Of a DNA stretch of 64,000 nt, positions 1 through 10,117 are shown in pieces. A program made the translations under genes and the position numbers. Source of the DNA: an uncultured Gammaproteobacteria bacterium (GTDB lineage: Bacteria > Patescibacteriota > Patescibacteriia > VMEV01 > CAZAJQ01); the NCBI GenBank assembly GCA_964485795.1, contig CAZAJQ010000001.1, positions 142,014-206,013 on the forward strand, in the 5' to 3' direction. Each line of letters starts with the position of its first letter. The first letter of the stretch is position 1. Below the pieces are notes generated by a model, which saw nothing but the letters and a program-made list of their open reading frames with translations, made no database searches and had not been told where the DNA came from.

Positions 1-155
1 GCAATATACATTGTTTGCATTTTTTTTCATTTCTGTTCTATACTTGCTTCATTCCCCAACCCTTATCTCTAAAACCCCCTTGATCGCACGCGGGGTTTTG
101 TTTTTTTTCTCAATCAATATTTTATGGCTTTTCCATGCTACAATGACGAAACTCT

Positions 156-2021
156 ATGCAAAACACGCTGAAAAAATATTTTGGATACGATGCGTTTCGG
201 CCGCTTCAAAAGGATATTATCGACTGTGTCATGTCGGGGCGTGACGCGGTGGCGCTGATGCCGACCGGTGGCGGGAAATCACTTTGTTTTCAGCTTCCGG
301 CGATTTTGCTTCCGGGAATGGCCGTGGTTATTTCTCCTTTGATTTCATTGATGAAAGATCAGGTCGATGCTTTGCGCGCCAACGGGATCGCCGCGGATTT
401 TATCAATAGTTCGATTTCTCCGAGTGAACGTGAGCGGGTTGCGAACGCCGCCAAAGCCGGTCAATTAAAATTGCTCTACGTCGCGCCGGAACGATTTGGA
501 GTCTCGGGTTTTGAAAATTTGCTGCGAGAGTTGAAAATAAGCTTGATCGCCATTGACGAGGCGCATTGCATCTCCGAGTGGGGACACGATTTTCGTCCGG
601 ATTATCGAAATTTGAAACAATTGCGCCCAAACTTTCCGGGAATACCGATACTTGCCCTCACGGCAACCGCAACCCACAAAGTTCGCGAGGATATCATTTC
701 GCAACTTGCTTTGGATTTTCCGAAATTGTTTCTCGCGAGTTTTAATCGACAGAATCTTCGTTACGAGGTTTTATCCAAAAAGGATTCTTTCCGAACCGTG
801 GTGGCCTTGTTGACCCGGCACCGCAACGAAAGCGCGATTATTTATTGTTTTTCGCGCAAGGATACTGAAGTTTTGGTGCAAAATCTCAATCTCAATGGCT
901 TTCCTTCCTTACCGTATCACGCGGGACTCGATGCCAACACTCGAAAAGAAAATCAAGAGAGGTTTATCCGAGACGAAGTCGGGATTATGGTGGCCACAAT
1001 CGCGTTTGGCATGGGCATAGATAAACCGGACGTGCGACTTGTTATTCATCACAGTCTGCCGAAATCCATTGAAGGTTATTATCAAGAAACCGGACGCGCG
1101 GGTCGAGACGGTTTGCCGAGCCGTTGCGTATTGCTGTACACCTTCGCGGACAAATTCAAACACGACTATTTTCTTCGCGAGATAGTGGATAGCGAGGAAC
1201 GAAGGAACGCGGAAATCAAGCTGGATCAAGTTCTACGATACGGGACATTGACTGCCTGTCGGCGAAAATACTTGTTGAGCTATTTCCACGAAAGTTACCC
1301 GAAGCAAAATTGTGAAAATTGCGATGTTTGCTCCCCGTCTCAGCAACTGGAAATTGCAAGCGTTTCTATTGGACATTCCCGATCGCGACAGGACGACGCA
1401 CAGCGGTTTGGAGACGCTTGCGATCAGGGGTTATTTGAAGAGTTGCGTGAATTGAGAAGGCAAGAAGCTTTCAAACGCGGTGTTCCTCCGTATATCATCT
1501 TCGGCGATAAAGCGCTCCGCGAAATGGCAACGGTTTTCCCGCGAAACGATGACGCTTTATTGAAAATATCCGGAGTCGGTCAAAAAAAACTTGCGCAGTT
1601 TGGCGTGCAATTTTTATCCGTGATTGCTCGTTATGCCGAGATTCATAATATCCCGAATAAAGTTGAGATTCAGCCACGCGTTGTGCACATAAAAAAAGCC
1701 GTGATGGTCGGTTCCACGGTGGATGAGACCAAGGATTTGGTTTTGCAAAAAAAATCCATTGAAGAAATGGCGAAGATTCGCGGGATGACCGTTGGTACGA
1801 TATTTTCTCATCTGGAAAAAATCGTCGCGGTTGATTCAAACATCGATATCGAACATTTGAGGCCGAAAAAAGAACGATTCGAAAAAATCGCCGCCGCGTT
1901 TCAAAAATCCGGAGGTGTATTGCTCACTCCGGTTCGTGAAATCCTGGGAGAGGAGTATTCATTCGACGAATTGAGGCTCGCGAGGATGTTTTTGGGGAGG
2001 GTTTCCGGACTGCCCGATTGA
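156..2021 (+). CDS. recQ: ATP-dependent DNA helicase RecQ (with HRDC and C-terminal HTH)
   Basis: Motif 0 FGYDAFRPLQ, Walker A MPTGGGKSLC, DEAHCISEWGHDFRP, QETGRAGRDG, Zn-binding CRR...CENCDVC, HRDC VPPYIIFGDKAL. Confidence 0.97.
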   Translation: MQNTLKKYFGYDAFRPLQKDIIDCVMSGRDAVALMPTGGGKSLCFQLPAILLPGMAVVISPLISLMKDQVDALRANGIAADFINSSISPSERERVANAAKAGQLKLLYVAPERFGVSGFENLLRELKISLIAIDEAHCISEWGHDFRPDYRNLKQLRPNFPGIPILALTATATHKVREDIISQLALDFPKLFLASFNRQNLRYEVLSKKDSFRTVVALLTRHRNESAIIYCFSRKDTEVLVQNLNLNGFPSLPYHAGLDANTRKENQERFIRDEVGIMVATIAFGMGIDKPDVRLVIHHSLPKSIEGYYQETGRAGRDGLPSRCVLLYTFADKFKHDYFLREIVDSEERRNAEIKLDQVLRYGTLTACRRKYLLSYFHESYPKQNCENCDVCSPSQQLEIASVSIGHSRSRQDDAQRFGDACDQGLFEELRELRRQEAFKRGVPPYIIFGDKALREMATVFPRNDDALLKISGVGQKKLAQFGVQFLSVIARYAEIHNIPNKVEIQPRVVHIKKAVMVGSTVDETKDLVLQKKSIEEMAKIRGMTVGTIFSHLEKIVAVDSNIDIEHLRPKKERFEKIAAAFQKSGGVLLTPVREILGEEYSFDELRLARMFLGRVSGLPD

Positions 2022-2252
2022 TAAAAACAAAAATCTGACAATGTCATGTCGCTGCGAAAATATATTTCGAATTCACCGCGGATAGGTAAATATAAAATAT
2101 AACCGACCACGAGCGATTGCGATTTTTCAGTGACTGTTGCACAATGAAGTTAGAATTGTTATTTCGTAATGGGAATCTCCCGAAAGAGGTATTGAGAAGA
2201 GTTGCGTCATTGGACTCGTTGAAAAAATTGAGATTATAATTTTTTTTACTCT

Positions 2253-2435
2253 ATGCAACAGAGGCACGATCAAAATCTTAAAGATTCGCAAGGGAGCATG
2301 TACACCTGCCCCAAATGCGGTTATCGCTATGCGGAAAAAGCATGGGCGGAAAAATGCGAGGAGTGGTGCGAGAAACACTCGTCTTGTAATCTGGAGATTA
2401 TTGCTCATGGGTTTCCGCCGCAAAGCGAAAACTGA
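2253..2435 (+). CDS. Small Cys/His-rich putative metal-binding protein
   Basis: 60 aa, [10 protein letters not shown]...[14 protein letters not shown]; ends 4 nt before the VIT1 start. Confidence 0.7.
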   Translation: MQQRHDQNLKDSQGSMYTCPKCGYRYAEKAWAEKCEEWCEKHSSCNLEIIAHGFPPQSEN

Positions 2436-2439
2436 TTTT

Positions 2440-3195
2440 ATGCATTCCACTCGTGAAAAAATGCAGCATGATGAGGCTTCATTGCATTCCTCTGTCCAAT
2501 CCTCATGGCAAAAATATCTCTCGGAATTTGTCTACGGCGGAATCGACGGATGCGTGACGACGTTTGCGGTTGTTGCGGGCGCGGTGGGAGCGGGTTTGGA
2601 TTCCTCGGTGATCATCATTTTGGGTCTTGCGAACCTTTTCGCGGACGGTTTTTCCATGTCGGTCGGGAGTTACCTGTCCTCGAAGTCCGAATGGCAAAAT
2701 TATCTCAAGCACGAAGGCATAGAACGTTGGGAAGTTGATCATGTCCCCGAGAAGGAACGGCAAGAAATACGTGACATTTATTCGCGCAAAGGTTTTCAAG
2801 GGAAAGCGTTGGAATCGGTGGTGGATACTATTTGTTCGGACAAGGAACGCTGGATCGATGTCATGATGAAAGAAGAGTTGCTTTTGCAAAAGCCGGATAA
2901 AAAACCCGTTATGCGAGGTTTGGTCACCTTCATTTCGTTCCTCGTCGTGGGTATGGTGCCATTGTCCGTTTACCTCGTGGATTTTTTAGCGCCCATTGCC
3001 ACAGGTTTTCAATCGCGATTTTCACTTGCCATCATTTTGACCACATTGGCGTTTGCTTTAATAGGGTTTCTAAAATCTTCAGTAACGCACAGCAACACAT
3101 GGAGAGGCGTGATCGAAACCGTACTTTTGGGTTCCCTTGCAGCCGCAATATCTTACGGAGTCGGCTCGGGGTTGGAACGAGTGATTGGTTCGTGA
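2440..3195 (+). CDS. VIT1/CCC1 family Fe/Mn transporter
   Basis: [29 protein letters not shown] motifs, Glu-rich cytoplasmic loop (MMKEEL); start moved from 2329 to ATG 2440 to avoid overlap. Confidence 0.93.
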   Translation: MHSTREKMQHDEASLHSSVQSSWQKYLSEFVYGGIDGCVTTFAVVAGAVGAGLDSSVIIILGLANLFADGFSMSVGSYLSSKSEWQNYLKHEGIERWEVDHVPEKERQEIRDIYSRKGFQGKALESVVDTICSDKERWIDVMMKEELLLQKPDKKPVMRGLVTFISFLVVGMVPLSVYLVDFLAPIATGFQSRFSLAIILTTLAFALIGFLKSSVTHSNTWRGVIETVLLGSLAAAISYGVGSGLERVIGS

Positions 3196-3272
3196 AGCTT
3201 GCACCGTTTGTAGTTTCGTTCTCTTCATTGTGAACGTTCACTGGGGGCTTTCATTTGTTTATTGATCAATAT

Positions 3273-4037
3273 ATGGGTCGAATACAAAATATCTTTTTTG
3301 CGACAGGTATTTTTTTTGTATCTATTGCATTGGTCGGTTGTGCGGCGATCCGGCCGAGCCAACTATCATTGTCACTCAACATGGATGCTCTCGCTTACGT
3401 TGGGCAATCGTTACCCATAAGCTATGAAATCGTGAACACTTTGAAAAAAAATCCCGATGGAGACTTCGTCGTGAATATCATGTATAAAAAATCGGGTGAT
3501 ATCGGTTATGTTGTTTTGCATGAATTTTCCGTCTCGTTTGTGCCAAATCAAGCTGTCCGAGGCAATTACATTTTTGATACAGCCAAAGTTTCGACAGGAA
3601 AATACGAGGTTAAAATGATCGTTTTCGAACGGAAATCCGGGAGTAACGTTGCGATTACTGATACTTCGAAGTTTGTTTCGATCTCGACCGTTCCGGAGGG
3701 AGTCAGCCTCGAACTTGATTTATCGAGTGAAGTTGCAAGGGACGGGAGGCCATTGAAAATTCGCGCGAAGGTTGCGAATGGAGGGCAAGAGGATTTGACC
3801 GACTTTATTCTTGAGATTGCGTATTCGAAATTCGGCATGGAAAATGAGAGATACCCAATAAAAGAATTCCCAGTGAATCTTAAGAAGGGGGATACTTTTG
3901 AAACGACCTACAACTACGTTTCACTTGGAATTCCGATCGGTGAAAAGAGTCATGAAATGATTCTTCTTTTTCACCACAAAAACGTTGCGGATCCGCGATC
4001 GTTTATGAATATTCGTAAACCGTTTCGCTTTGAATAG
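3273..4037 (+). CDS. Putative lipoprotein with two Ig-like (CARDB-like) beta domains
   Basis: Lipobox ALVGC after a hydrophobic stretch; two similar beta-rich halves. Confidence 0.6.
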   Translation: MGRIQNIFFATGIFFVSIALVGCAAIRPSQLSLSLNMDALAYVGQSLPISYEIVNTLKKNPDGDFVVNIMYKKSGDIGYVVLHEFSVSFVPNQAVRGNYIFDTAKVSTGKYEVKMIVFERKSGSNVAITDTSKFVSISTVPEGVSLELDLSSEVARDGRPLKIRAKVANGGQEDLTDFILEIAYSKFGMENERYPIKEFPVNLKKGDTFETTYNYVSLGIPIGEKSHEMILLFHHKNVADPRSFMNIRKPFRFE

Positions 4038-4243
4038 GCGCTCGGTCAAGCACGCGGTTGTCGCTTCATGAAAAATTTTTCATGAGTATTGGGACGGGAA
4101 AATCGTTTGCATACCGATTCACTTCGCTTGCCAATGTTTTCAAAATACACAACCCGTTACTTTTAAAAATGAAGTCTTGCGGATTCGGAAAAAATGCAAG
4201 ATCCGTTTGTTTTGATCATGAGGAAAAATGATTCAACCAACGG

Positions 4244-4269
4244 AAAAGAGGCTTTCAAGCCTCTTTTTT
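4244..4269. terminator. Bidirectional intrinsic terminator
   Basis: AAAAGAGGCT-TTCA-AGCCTCTTTTTT between convergent genes. Confidence 0.75.
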
Positions 4270-4290
4270 CATGAATGGAGGATAACGATT

Positions 4291-4755
4291 TTATCGAATG
4301 ATGCTGATCGTTTCTCCGAGTTCGGCACCGCTCGCCGAGATGGTGATCTGACTCGTCGTGGCGTTTCGAACGATCGAATATTTGCTGTCATAATCGGTCG
4401 TGGATGTCCAATGCGCACCGGAAACGGACGGATCAAACGGCATGGTGGAAATGTAGTTTGGCACCAAACAAGGCGCAATGTCATACTCGCCCACGGTATT
4501 GGACATATTCGTCGCAGTCGCGGGTATCGCTCCCGCGGCGCAGGTAAATGTCCCGTTGTTGCGCGCTATATTGGCGCTGATGCCGTTTGCGATCGTATTG
4601 AGATGCGATTTTCTTTGCGAATTTCTGGCGTTTGCAAATTGCTGTCCCGGATTGATCACGGCAATCAGGATACCCGCAAGAATGGCTATCAGCGCAATGA
4701 CGATAAGCACTTCGATAAGCGTAAACCCGCGCCGAAACGATTGATAATGATGCAT
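4291..4755 (-). CDS. Type IV pilin (probable major pilin)
   Basis: Class III signal RRG|FTLIEVLIVIALIAILA, INP..QFANARN.QR, two Cys. Confidence 0.92.
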   Translation of the reverse strand: MHHYQSFRRGFTLIEVLIVIALIAILAGILIAVINPGQQFANARNSQRKSHLNTIANGISANIARNNGTFTCAAGAIPATATNMSNTVGEYDIAPCLVPNYISTMPFDPSVSGAHWTSTTDYDSKYSIVRNATTSQITISASGAELGETISIIR

Positions 4756-4834
4756 AAATAAAATTACTGTTGATATGTTATAATTATATCAGATTCAATA
4801 CATTTTCTCAAAAAAAATTTTCAAAAAAAATGCT

Positions 4835-6118
4835 ATGGCCACAGCCGAAGAAAAAAATTATCTTGAAGAAATGCTTCGCCAGCAAATCTTGGCCAATGCC
4901 GAAAAATCTTCCGCGATAGCGGATATCGGTGCCATTCGATCTCTGACCGGATCGACTCCCGTCACGGAAATCGTGGATAGGCTCATTGAAACCGCAATGA
5001 AAGTACGGGTTTCGGACATTCATTTCGATCCCACGGAATACCACCTCATCATACGATATCGTATCGATGGAATTCTTTATGATGTTTTATTGTTGCCGGT
5101 GAGACTTCTGGTGGTGATCATCACACGATTGAAAGTTCTCGCGAATTTGAGAACCGATGAACACGCTTCGGCTCAAGACGGACGCATCCAGAGGCAATTC
5201 GGCACGCAAACCATCGATATTCGTCTATCGATCATGCCGGCCTACTACGGTGAAAATGCGGTCATGCGCCTTCTCGTATCCGGAGCGCAATCTTTGAAAC
5301 TTCTGGATCTCGGATTTCGAGAGCAAGACATGGAAAAAATCAACGCGGCGATTCGTCTGCCCTACGGAATGATCCTCACCACAGGACCGACCGGATCCGG
5401 GAAAACCACCACGCTCTACGCCATGATAAATGAAATCAACAAGCGAGAAATGTCCATCATCACGATCGAAGACCCCATCGAATTTTCCATACCGGGAATC
5501 ACGCAAATCCCGGTAAACGTGCAAACCGGACTCACCTTTGCGAAAGGACTTCGCTCGATAGTGCGGCAAGATCCCGACATCATGATGGTCGGAGAAATTC
5601 GCGATTCGGAAACGGCCGGAATCGCGGTCAACTCGGCGATGACCGGACATCTCGTGCTCTCCACTTTGCATACCAATGACGCCGCGGTTACCCTGCCGCG
5701 ATTGCTTGATATGGAAGTCGAAGCTTTTTTGATCGCATCGACCGTGAATCTCGCCATCGGACAAAGACTGGTTCGCAAACTGTGCCAATCGTGCAAAGCG
5801 CCCCATGAAGTGACAAATCCCGAAAAACTCGCTTTCGCTTCTTTTGTGGACGAAAAATGGCTGGACGCTCACAAATTTCACGAACCCGTCGGATGCAACG
5901 ATTGCAACAATAAAGGCTATAAAGGACGCGTGGGGATTTTTGAAATCATGCCCATGAGCGAAAAGATCCGCCATGCCATCATGCAAAACAGCAATGCGCA
6001 GCTCATACGAAGCATCGCCATAGAAGAAGGGATGACCACCATGCTGCAAGACGGTTTGGTAAAAGCCGCGTCCGGAATCACCAGCCTGCAGGAAATTCTC
6101 CGCGTATTTCATGAATAA
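4835..6118 (+). CDS. pilB: Type IV pilus/T2SS assembly ATPase PilB/GspE (short N-terminus)
   Basis: SDIHFDP, GPTGSGKTTTLY, TIEDPIE, RQDPDIMMVGEIRD, STLHTNDA, tetra-Cys motif. Confidence 0.95.
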   Translation: MATAEEKNYLEEMLRQQILANAEKSSAIADIGAIRSLTGSTPVTEIVDRLIETAMKVRVSDIHFDPTEYHLIIRYRIDGILYDVLLLPVRLLVVIITRLKVLANLRTDEHASAQDGRIQRQFGTQTIDIRLSIMPAYYGENAVMRLLVSGAQSLKLLDLGFREQDMEKINAAIRLPYGMILTTGPTGSGKTTTLYAMINEINKREMSIITIEDPIEFSIPGITQIPVNVQTGLTFAKGLRSIVRQDPDIMMVGEIRDSETAGIAVNSAMTGHLVLSTLHTNDAAVTLPRLLDMEVEAFLIASTVNLAIGQRLVRKLCQSCKAPHEVTNPEKLAFASFVDEKWLDAHKFHEPVGCNDCNNKGYKGRVGIFEIMPMSEKIRHAIMQNSNAQLIRSIAIEEGMTTMLQDGLVKAASGITSLQEILRVFHE

Positions 6119-6126
6119 TTTTTCCC

Positions 6127-7215
6127 ATGAAAACCATCATAAACAATGACCGAAGTTTAAATATTTCTCCCTTCCTCCATATTTCCGAGCGTGAAAAAAT
6201 GTTTTTTGCGCGATATCTTTCCATACTCTTGCGCTCGGGAATCCCGCTCTTAAAATCCGTCGAAAGCATTCGAAAAAACACCCGATCCAAACATTTTCAG
6301 AAAATATTGGATATTGTATTGGTGGATCTCAACAGCGGTCTTTTTTTGGCCACCAGTCTGGATCGTTTCCGAAAAATATTTTCGCGGTCTTTCGTGAGTA
6401 TCGTGAAAGTCGGTGAAGAATCGGGACAACTCGCCGAATCGCTGAATAAGCTCTCTATCCAAATGCAAAAAAACGAAGAACTTCGAGCGAAAGTCGTCAC
6501 GGCCTTCATCTATCCGATGATTCTCATCGTGGCGTCGCTCTCCGTGGCCGGATATCTGGTGGCGTTTGTGATACCAAACCTTCTTCCAGTGTTCACATCT
6601 TTGAATGTCGCCCTGCCTTTCACCACCCGAACCGTCATCTGGGTATCGGATTTTTTCATCACCAAATATTGGTTGGTATTTCTGATCATTTTTTCCATCA
6701 TCGTGACTCTGCGTTTTCTGTTTATGATCGAAAAATTCGCGTATTCCGTGGACGCTTTGCTTCTGAAAACACCGCTGATAGGCAATATTTTAAAAAACGC
6801 GCAGTTGGCTTTTTTCAGTCGCATTTTGAGCATCATGATAACGTCGGGAGTGAATATCGTCGACGCGATAGCTACGACGAGCAACGCACTGTCAAATCGC
6901 GTTTACAAAAAAAGATTGCATGACATGGGACTTTCTCTCAACAAGGGACAATACATCTACTCGGCGCTGGCCGACCAGCCCGATCTTTTTCCGAGCATGG
7001 TACTCCAGATGATCGAAGTCGGAGAAAAAACGGGAAAATTGCCGGATACTTTGCTTTTTGTCTCGGATTTTTCAGAGGAAGAAGCGGAACGATCCATCAG
7101 TCGTCTTTCCATATTCGTCGAGCCGGTCATCCTTCTTTTCATGGGATTTTTGGTCGGATTCATCGCCATTGCGGTCGTAACGCCAATCTATCAGCTCACC
7201 ACCGGCATTCGATGA
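6127..7215 (+). CDS. pilC: Type IV pilus platform protein PilC/GspF
   Basis: Two T2SSF repeats (VGEESGQL, VGEKTGKL), YP and EP motifs, three TM segments. Confidence 0.94.
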   Translation: MKTIINNDRSLNISPFLHISEREKMFFARYLSILLRSGIPLLKSVESIRKNTRSKHFQKILDIVLVDLNSGLFLATSLDRFRKIFSRSFVSIVKVGEESGQLAESLNKLSIQMQKNEELRAKVVTAFIYPMILIVASLSVAGYLVAFVIPNLLPVFTSLNVALPFTTRTVIWVSDFFITKYWLVFLIIFSIIVTLRFLFMIEKFAYSVDALLLKTPLIGNILKNAQLAFFSRILSIMITSGVNIVDAIATTSNALSNRVYKKRLHDMGLSLNKGQYIYSALADQPDLFPSMVLQMIEVGEKTGKLPDTLLFVSDFSEEEAERSISRLSIFVEPVILLFMGFLVGFIAIAVVTPIYQLTTGIR

Positions 7216-7273
7216 TGATCGGACGAAAAAAAATCCTCTCGGTGATGGATACTCTCAAGTAAACTGACCTATT

Positions 7274-7738
7274 ATGCGCATCCGACCAAGGGAAAAGGGA
7301 TTTACCCTCATGGAAATGATCATCGGACTTGCTCTCATTCTTCTCACGCTCACGGGAATCGTGGCGATAAGCAACACTTACCTCATCAATCAACAGCTCG
7401 ACAATGCGGCTGAAAGCGCGCTTGAAGAAATACGACGTGCGCAGGGAGATGCGATAGCCGCCACCGGAGATTCCGGTCACGGAATAAAAATCATCGGATC
7501 GACGCTCATTCGTTTTCGAGGAAATTCGTTCGCTACCAGAAACGCGATTTATGACGTCGATTCGACGTTTCCGCCATTTCTCAGCTTTGGCGGAAACGAT
7601 GAAATCATTTTTCCGAAATTAAGCCCGGCCCCTGTCGCCGCAGCTTCCCTCACAATCTCAAACAACATTGAGCTATACACCATTTCAACATCTCTCTATG
7701 GAAATATTTCGCTCTCAAGAGGGTCAGTCGCTCCTTGA
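7274..7738 (+). CDS. Minor pilin (FimU/GspH-like)
   Basis: EKG|FTLMEMIIGL leader, EEIRRAQGDAI helix. Confidence 0.85.
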   Translation: MRIRPREKGFTLMEMIIGLALILLTLTGIVAISNTYLINQQLDNAAESALEEIRRAQGDAIAATGDSGHGIKIIGSTLIRFRGNSFATRNAIYDVDSTFPPFLSFGGNDEIIFPKLSPAPVAAASLTISNNIELYTISTSLYGNISLSRGSVAP

Positions 7739-9080
7739 GGTTTTGATAGCTCTCACCATCATCGTCATCATCATGAGCGGTATTTTCCCGTTGCTGGGGA
7801 CGCAAATACTCGGCATCGTCGACAGTCAAGACAGGATCGAAGCCATGTACCTCGCTCGGGAAGGAGTGCAGGCCAGCCGCGCCATACACAGTCGATCGTT
7901 TCATGAGCTTCTCGACGGCATTCATGGTCTCAGCCTCACGAACGGATCATGGCAATGGTCGGGATCCAGCGATCAATACGACAAATTCACTCGATCCGTC
8001 ACGATCAGCAGCCCCGATCTGGTCACAAAACAAATTTCTTCACAAATTCTCTGGACGGATACCTCGGGGTTGCAGCAAACCCTTGATTTCACCTTTAACG
8101 CTTTATTCACCGACTGGTATCAAATAGACGTTTGGGGCAACTGGACCGATCTGCAGCTTTTGGGGCAAATAGATATAGGAGCGACCGCACAAGGCAATGG
8201 GATCGACACCGACGGCATCACGGCTTTCATCGCGGCAAGCGCGGCAACCGGAAAACCAAAACTCTACAGCTTCAATGTCGCAAACAAATCCGCTCCGGTA
8301 CTGCTGCAATCTTTGGATACCGGAGACTCACTCAACGACGTCGTCATGTACGGCAATTACATTTTTACCGCCGGCACAAAAGACAATGAAGAACTGCGCG
8401 TCTTTGACGCAAGCAATCCCTCATCGATGATACCGGTAACGGTCATCAATCTCTCTTTAGACGCAAAAAAACTTATTATCCAGAACACGTCTCTCTTCGT
8501 GGTGGCGGAGCAGACACTTTTTATCTTTGATATCGGCAATCCCGCCGCCCCGACGCTCCTTTCGTCATCCGCTCTCGCATCAGCCGGCAATGATATCGAT
8601 GTCGTGAATGACAGGGCTTATATCGCGACCGGTGCCGACATATCTGAAGTGCAAATTTTTGACATTTCAAATTTTTCCTCCCCCGTCCTTATCGATTCAA
8701 TCGATATCGTCGGCATCGCCGATGCTCTTTCGCTGAATGCGCAAGAAAACTTCATCATCATCGGCATGGGATCAAACTCGGCGGGAGCTGAGCTTTTTCT
8801 CTATGACATTACGGATCCATTCTCCCCGATTTTGCGGTCAGCCGTGGAACAGTCAAATGATGTAATGGCAATAGAATTTGCGATTCCCTATGTTTTCATA
8901 GGAACCGCGGATGCAAATGAAGAGCTCAAAATCTATGATTTTCGCGACACGCAATCCCCCGTCAAAATCGATTTCATCAATCTTTCGCAGCTGGTAAGAG
9001 ATATGATCATGAAAGACAATACTCTTTACGCGACGGTAAGGAGTCAAGATTCTCTAAAAATTATCGGTCCGTCTTTATGA
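7698..9080 (+). CDS. Minor pilin (PilV-like) fused to LVIVD-repeat beta-propeller
   Basis: EG|QSLLEVLIAL leader, A..LAREG..A.R motif; repeated L.IFDxS(N)P..P units. Confidence 0.82.
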   Translation: MEIFRSQEGQSLLEVLIALTIIVIIMSGIFPLLGTQILGIVDSQDRIEAMYLAREGVQASRAIHSRSFHELLDGIHGLSLTNGSWQWSGSSDQYDKFTRSVTISSPDLVTKQISSQILWTDTSGLQQTLDFTFNALFTDWYQIDVWGNWTDLQLLGQIDIGATAQGNGIDTDGITAFIAASAATGKPKLYSFNVANKSAPVLLQSLDTGDSLNDVVMYGNYIFTAGTKDNEELRVFDASNPSSMIPVTVINLSLDAKKLIIQNTSLFVVAEQTLFIFDIGNPAAPTLLSSSALASAGNDIDVVNDRAYIATGADISEVQIFDISNFSSPVLIDSIDIVGIADALSLNAQENFIIIGMGSNSAGAELFLYDITDPFSPILRSAVEQSNDVMAIEFAIPYVFIGTADANEELKIYDFRDTQSPVKIDFINLSQLVRDMIMKDNTLYATVRSQDSLKIIGPSL

Positions 9081-9577
9081 TCTCATCTCCGAGTCAAAAA
9101 GGATTCACGCTCTTGGAATTCATCATCTACACGACGCTGACGACTCTTATCATGGGAATACTCGTGATCATTTCCATTTCGACGCTTCGCTCCCGAGCCT
9201 TATCAAACAACGACCTGATCGTTCAAAGAAACATGACGGTGGCGTTTGAAACGATCATAACAAAAATCGAGAAGGCAAACGCCATCACCGCTCCGACATC
9301 GGGAACCTCGAACACGCTTGAACTCACCGGCGATGATCCGCTCAAGTATCCATCGATTTTCACTTTGAACGCGGGGAAATTGATGCTGTCTGTCGCCGGC
9401 TCCGCGACCGAACCCCTGACATCCGATGACGTTGCGGTTACGGATTTTTCCGTAACAAGAATGAGCGATCCCATAGACGGCGCGCAAATATCCTTGAGCA
9501 TCGAAACGAAAAATCCTCCCACACCCGATCTGTATTCAAAAGAAAATCTCCGGACGACGATAATGCTTTCTTACTGA
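9077..9577 (+). CDS. Minor pilin (PilW/GspJ-like)
   Basis: QKG|FTLLEFIIY leader; ATGA overlap with the previous gene. Confidence 0.85.
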   Translation: MISSPSQKGFTLLEFIIYTTLTTLIMGILVIISISTLRSRALSNNDLIVQRNMTVAFETIITKIEKANAITAPTSGTSNTLELTGDDPLKYPSIFTLNAGKLMLSVAGSATEPLTSDDVAVTDFSVTRMSDPIDGAQISLSIETKNPPTPDLYSKENLRTTIMLSY

Positions 9578-9578
9578 T

Positions 9579-10046
9579 ATGTCAAAATTTCCTTCACGAA
9601 AAAATCCCACCCCGAAGTTAAGCGAAGCACATACTTCAGGGTTCACCCTAAAGTTAAGCGAAGCGCATACTTCAGGGTTCACCCTCATCGTCGCCGTCAT
9701 CATCATGACGGCCGCGTTCGTATTGATCGTGGTGCTGGGGGCAAAAAGCTTTCGATACACCAGTAGCGTCATCCAAGCTCAGATCGATCAGACGACGACA
9801 AATCTCCTCGCCGAATCATGCGCCCAGAAGGTGCTCCGCATGATCGTGGATAATTCAAATTACCCCGGAAATGAAACAATCACCAATCCCGAAGGAGATT
9901 GCACACTCTACCCGATAGCTCCCGGAGTGCCAGCCGATATCGATATTGAAGCGACAATACGCGATCATACCACGAGATTGCGCGTCACCATCGATTCAAA
10001 AACACCTCCCAATGTCATAAAATGGGAAAAATTGGAAAACTTTTAA
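9579..10046 (+). CDS. Minor pilin (PilX/GspK-like, lacks Glu5) with repeat-derived leader
   Basis: SG|FTLIVAVII without E5, LAESCA motif, C-terminal WEKLENF; leader contains KLSEAHTSGFTL twice. Confidence 0.8.
   Translation: MSKFPSRKNPTPKLSEAHTSGFTLKLSEAHTSGFTLIVAVIIMTAAFVLIVVLGAKSFRYTSSVIQAQIDQTTTNLLAESCAQKVLRMIVDNSNYPGNETITNPEGDCTLYPIAPGVPADIDIEATIRDHTTRLRVTIDSKTPPNVIKWEKLENF
9609..9685 (+). repeat. Two tandem 36-nt copies of palindromic repeat family A inside a CDS
   Basis: ACCCCGAAGTTAAGCGAAGCACATACTTCAGGGT and ACCCTAAAGTTAAGCGAAGCGCATACTTCAGGGT. Confidence 0.92.
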
Positions 10047-10117
10047 GACGCCTCGGCTGCTAAAATTCTTTTCATCAAAAAATCATATTTTTGTTCAAAT
10101 CCGCTCTTTGTGATTTA

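Noticed and set aside
2130-2250. Riboswitch upstream of the metal transporter
   Set aside because: Only a weak GAAA-loop hairpin; I could not match yybP-ykoY, NiCo or fluoride consensus by eye
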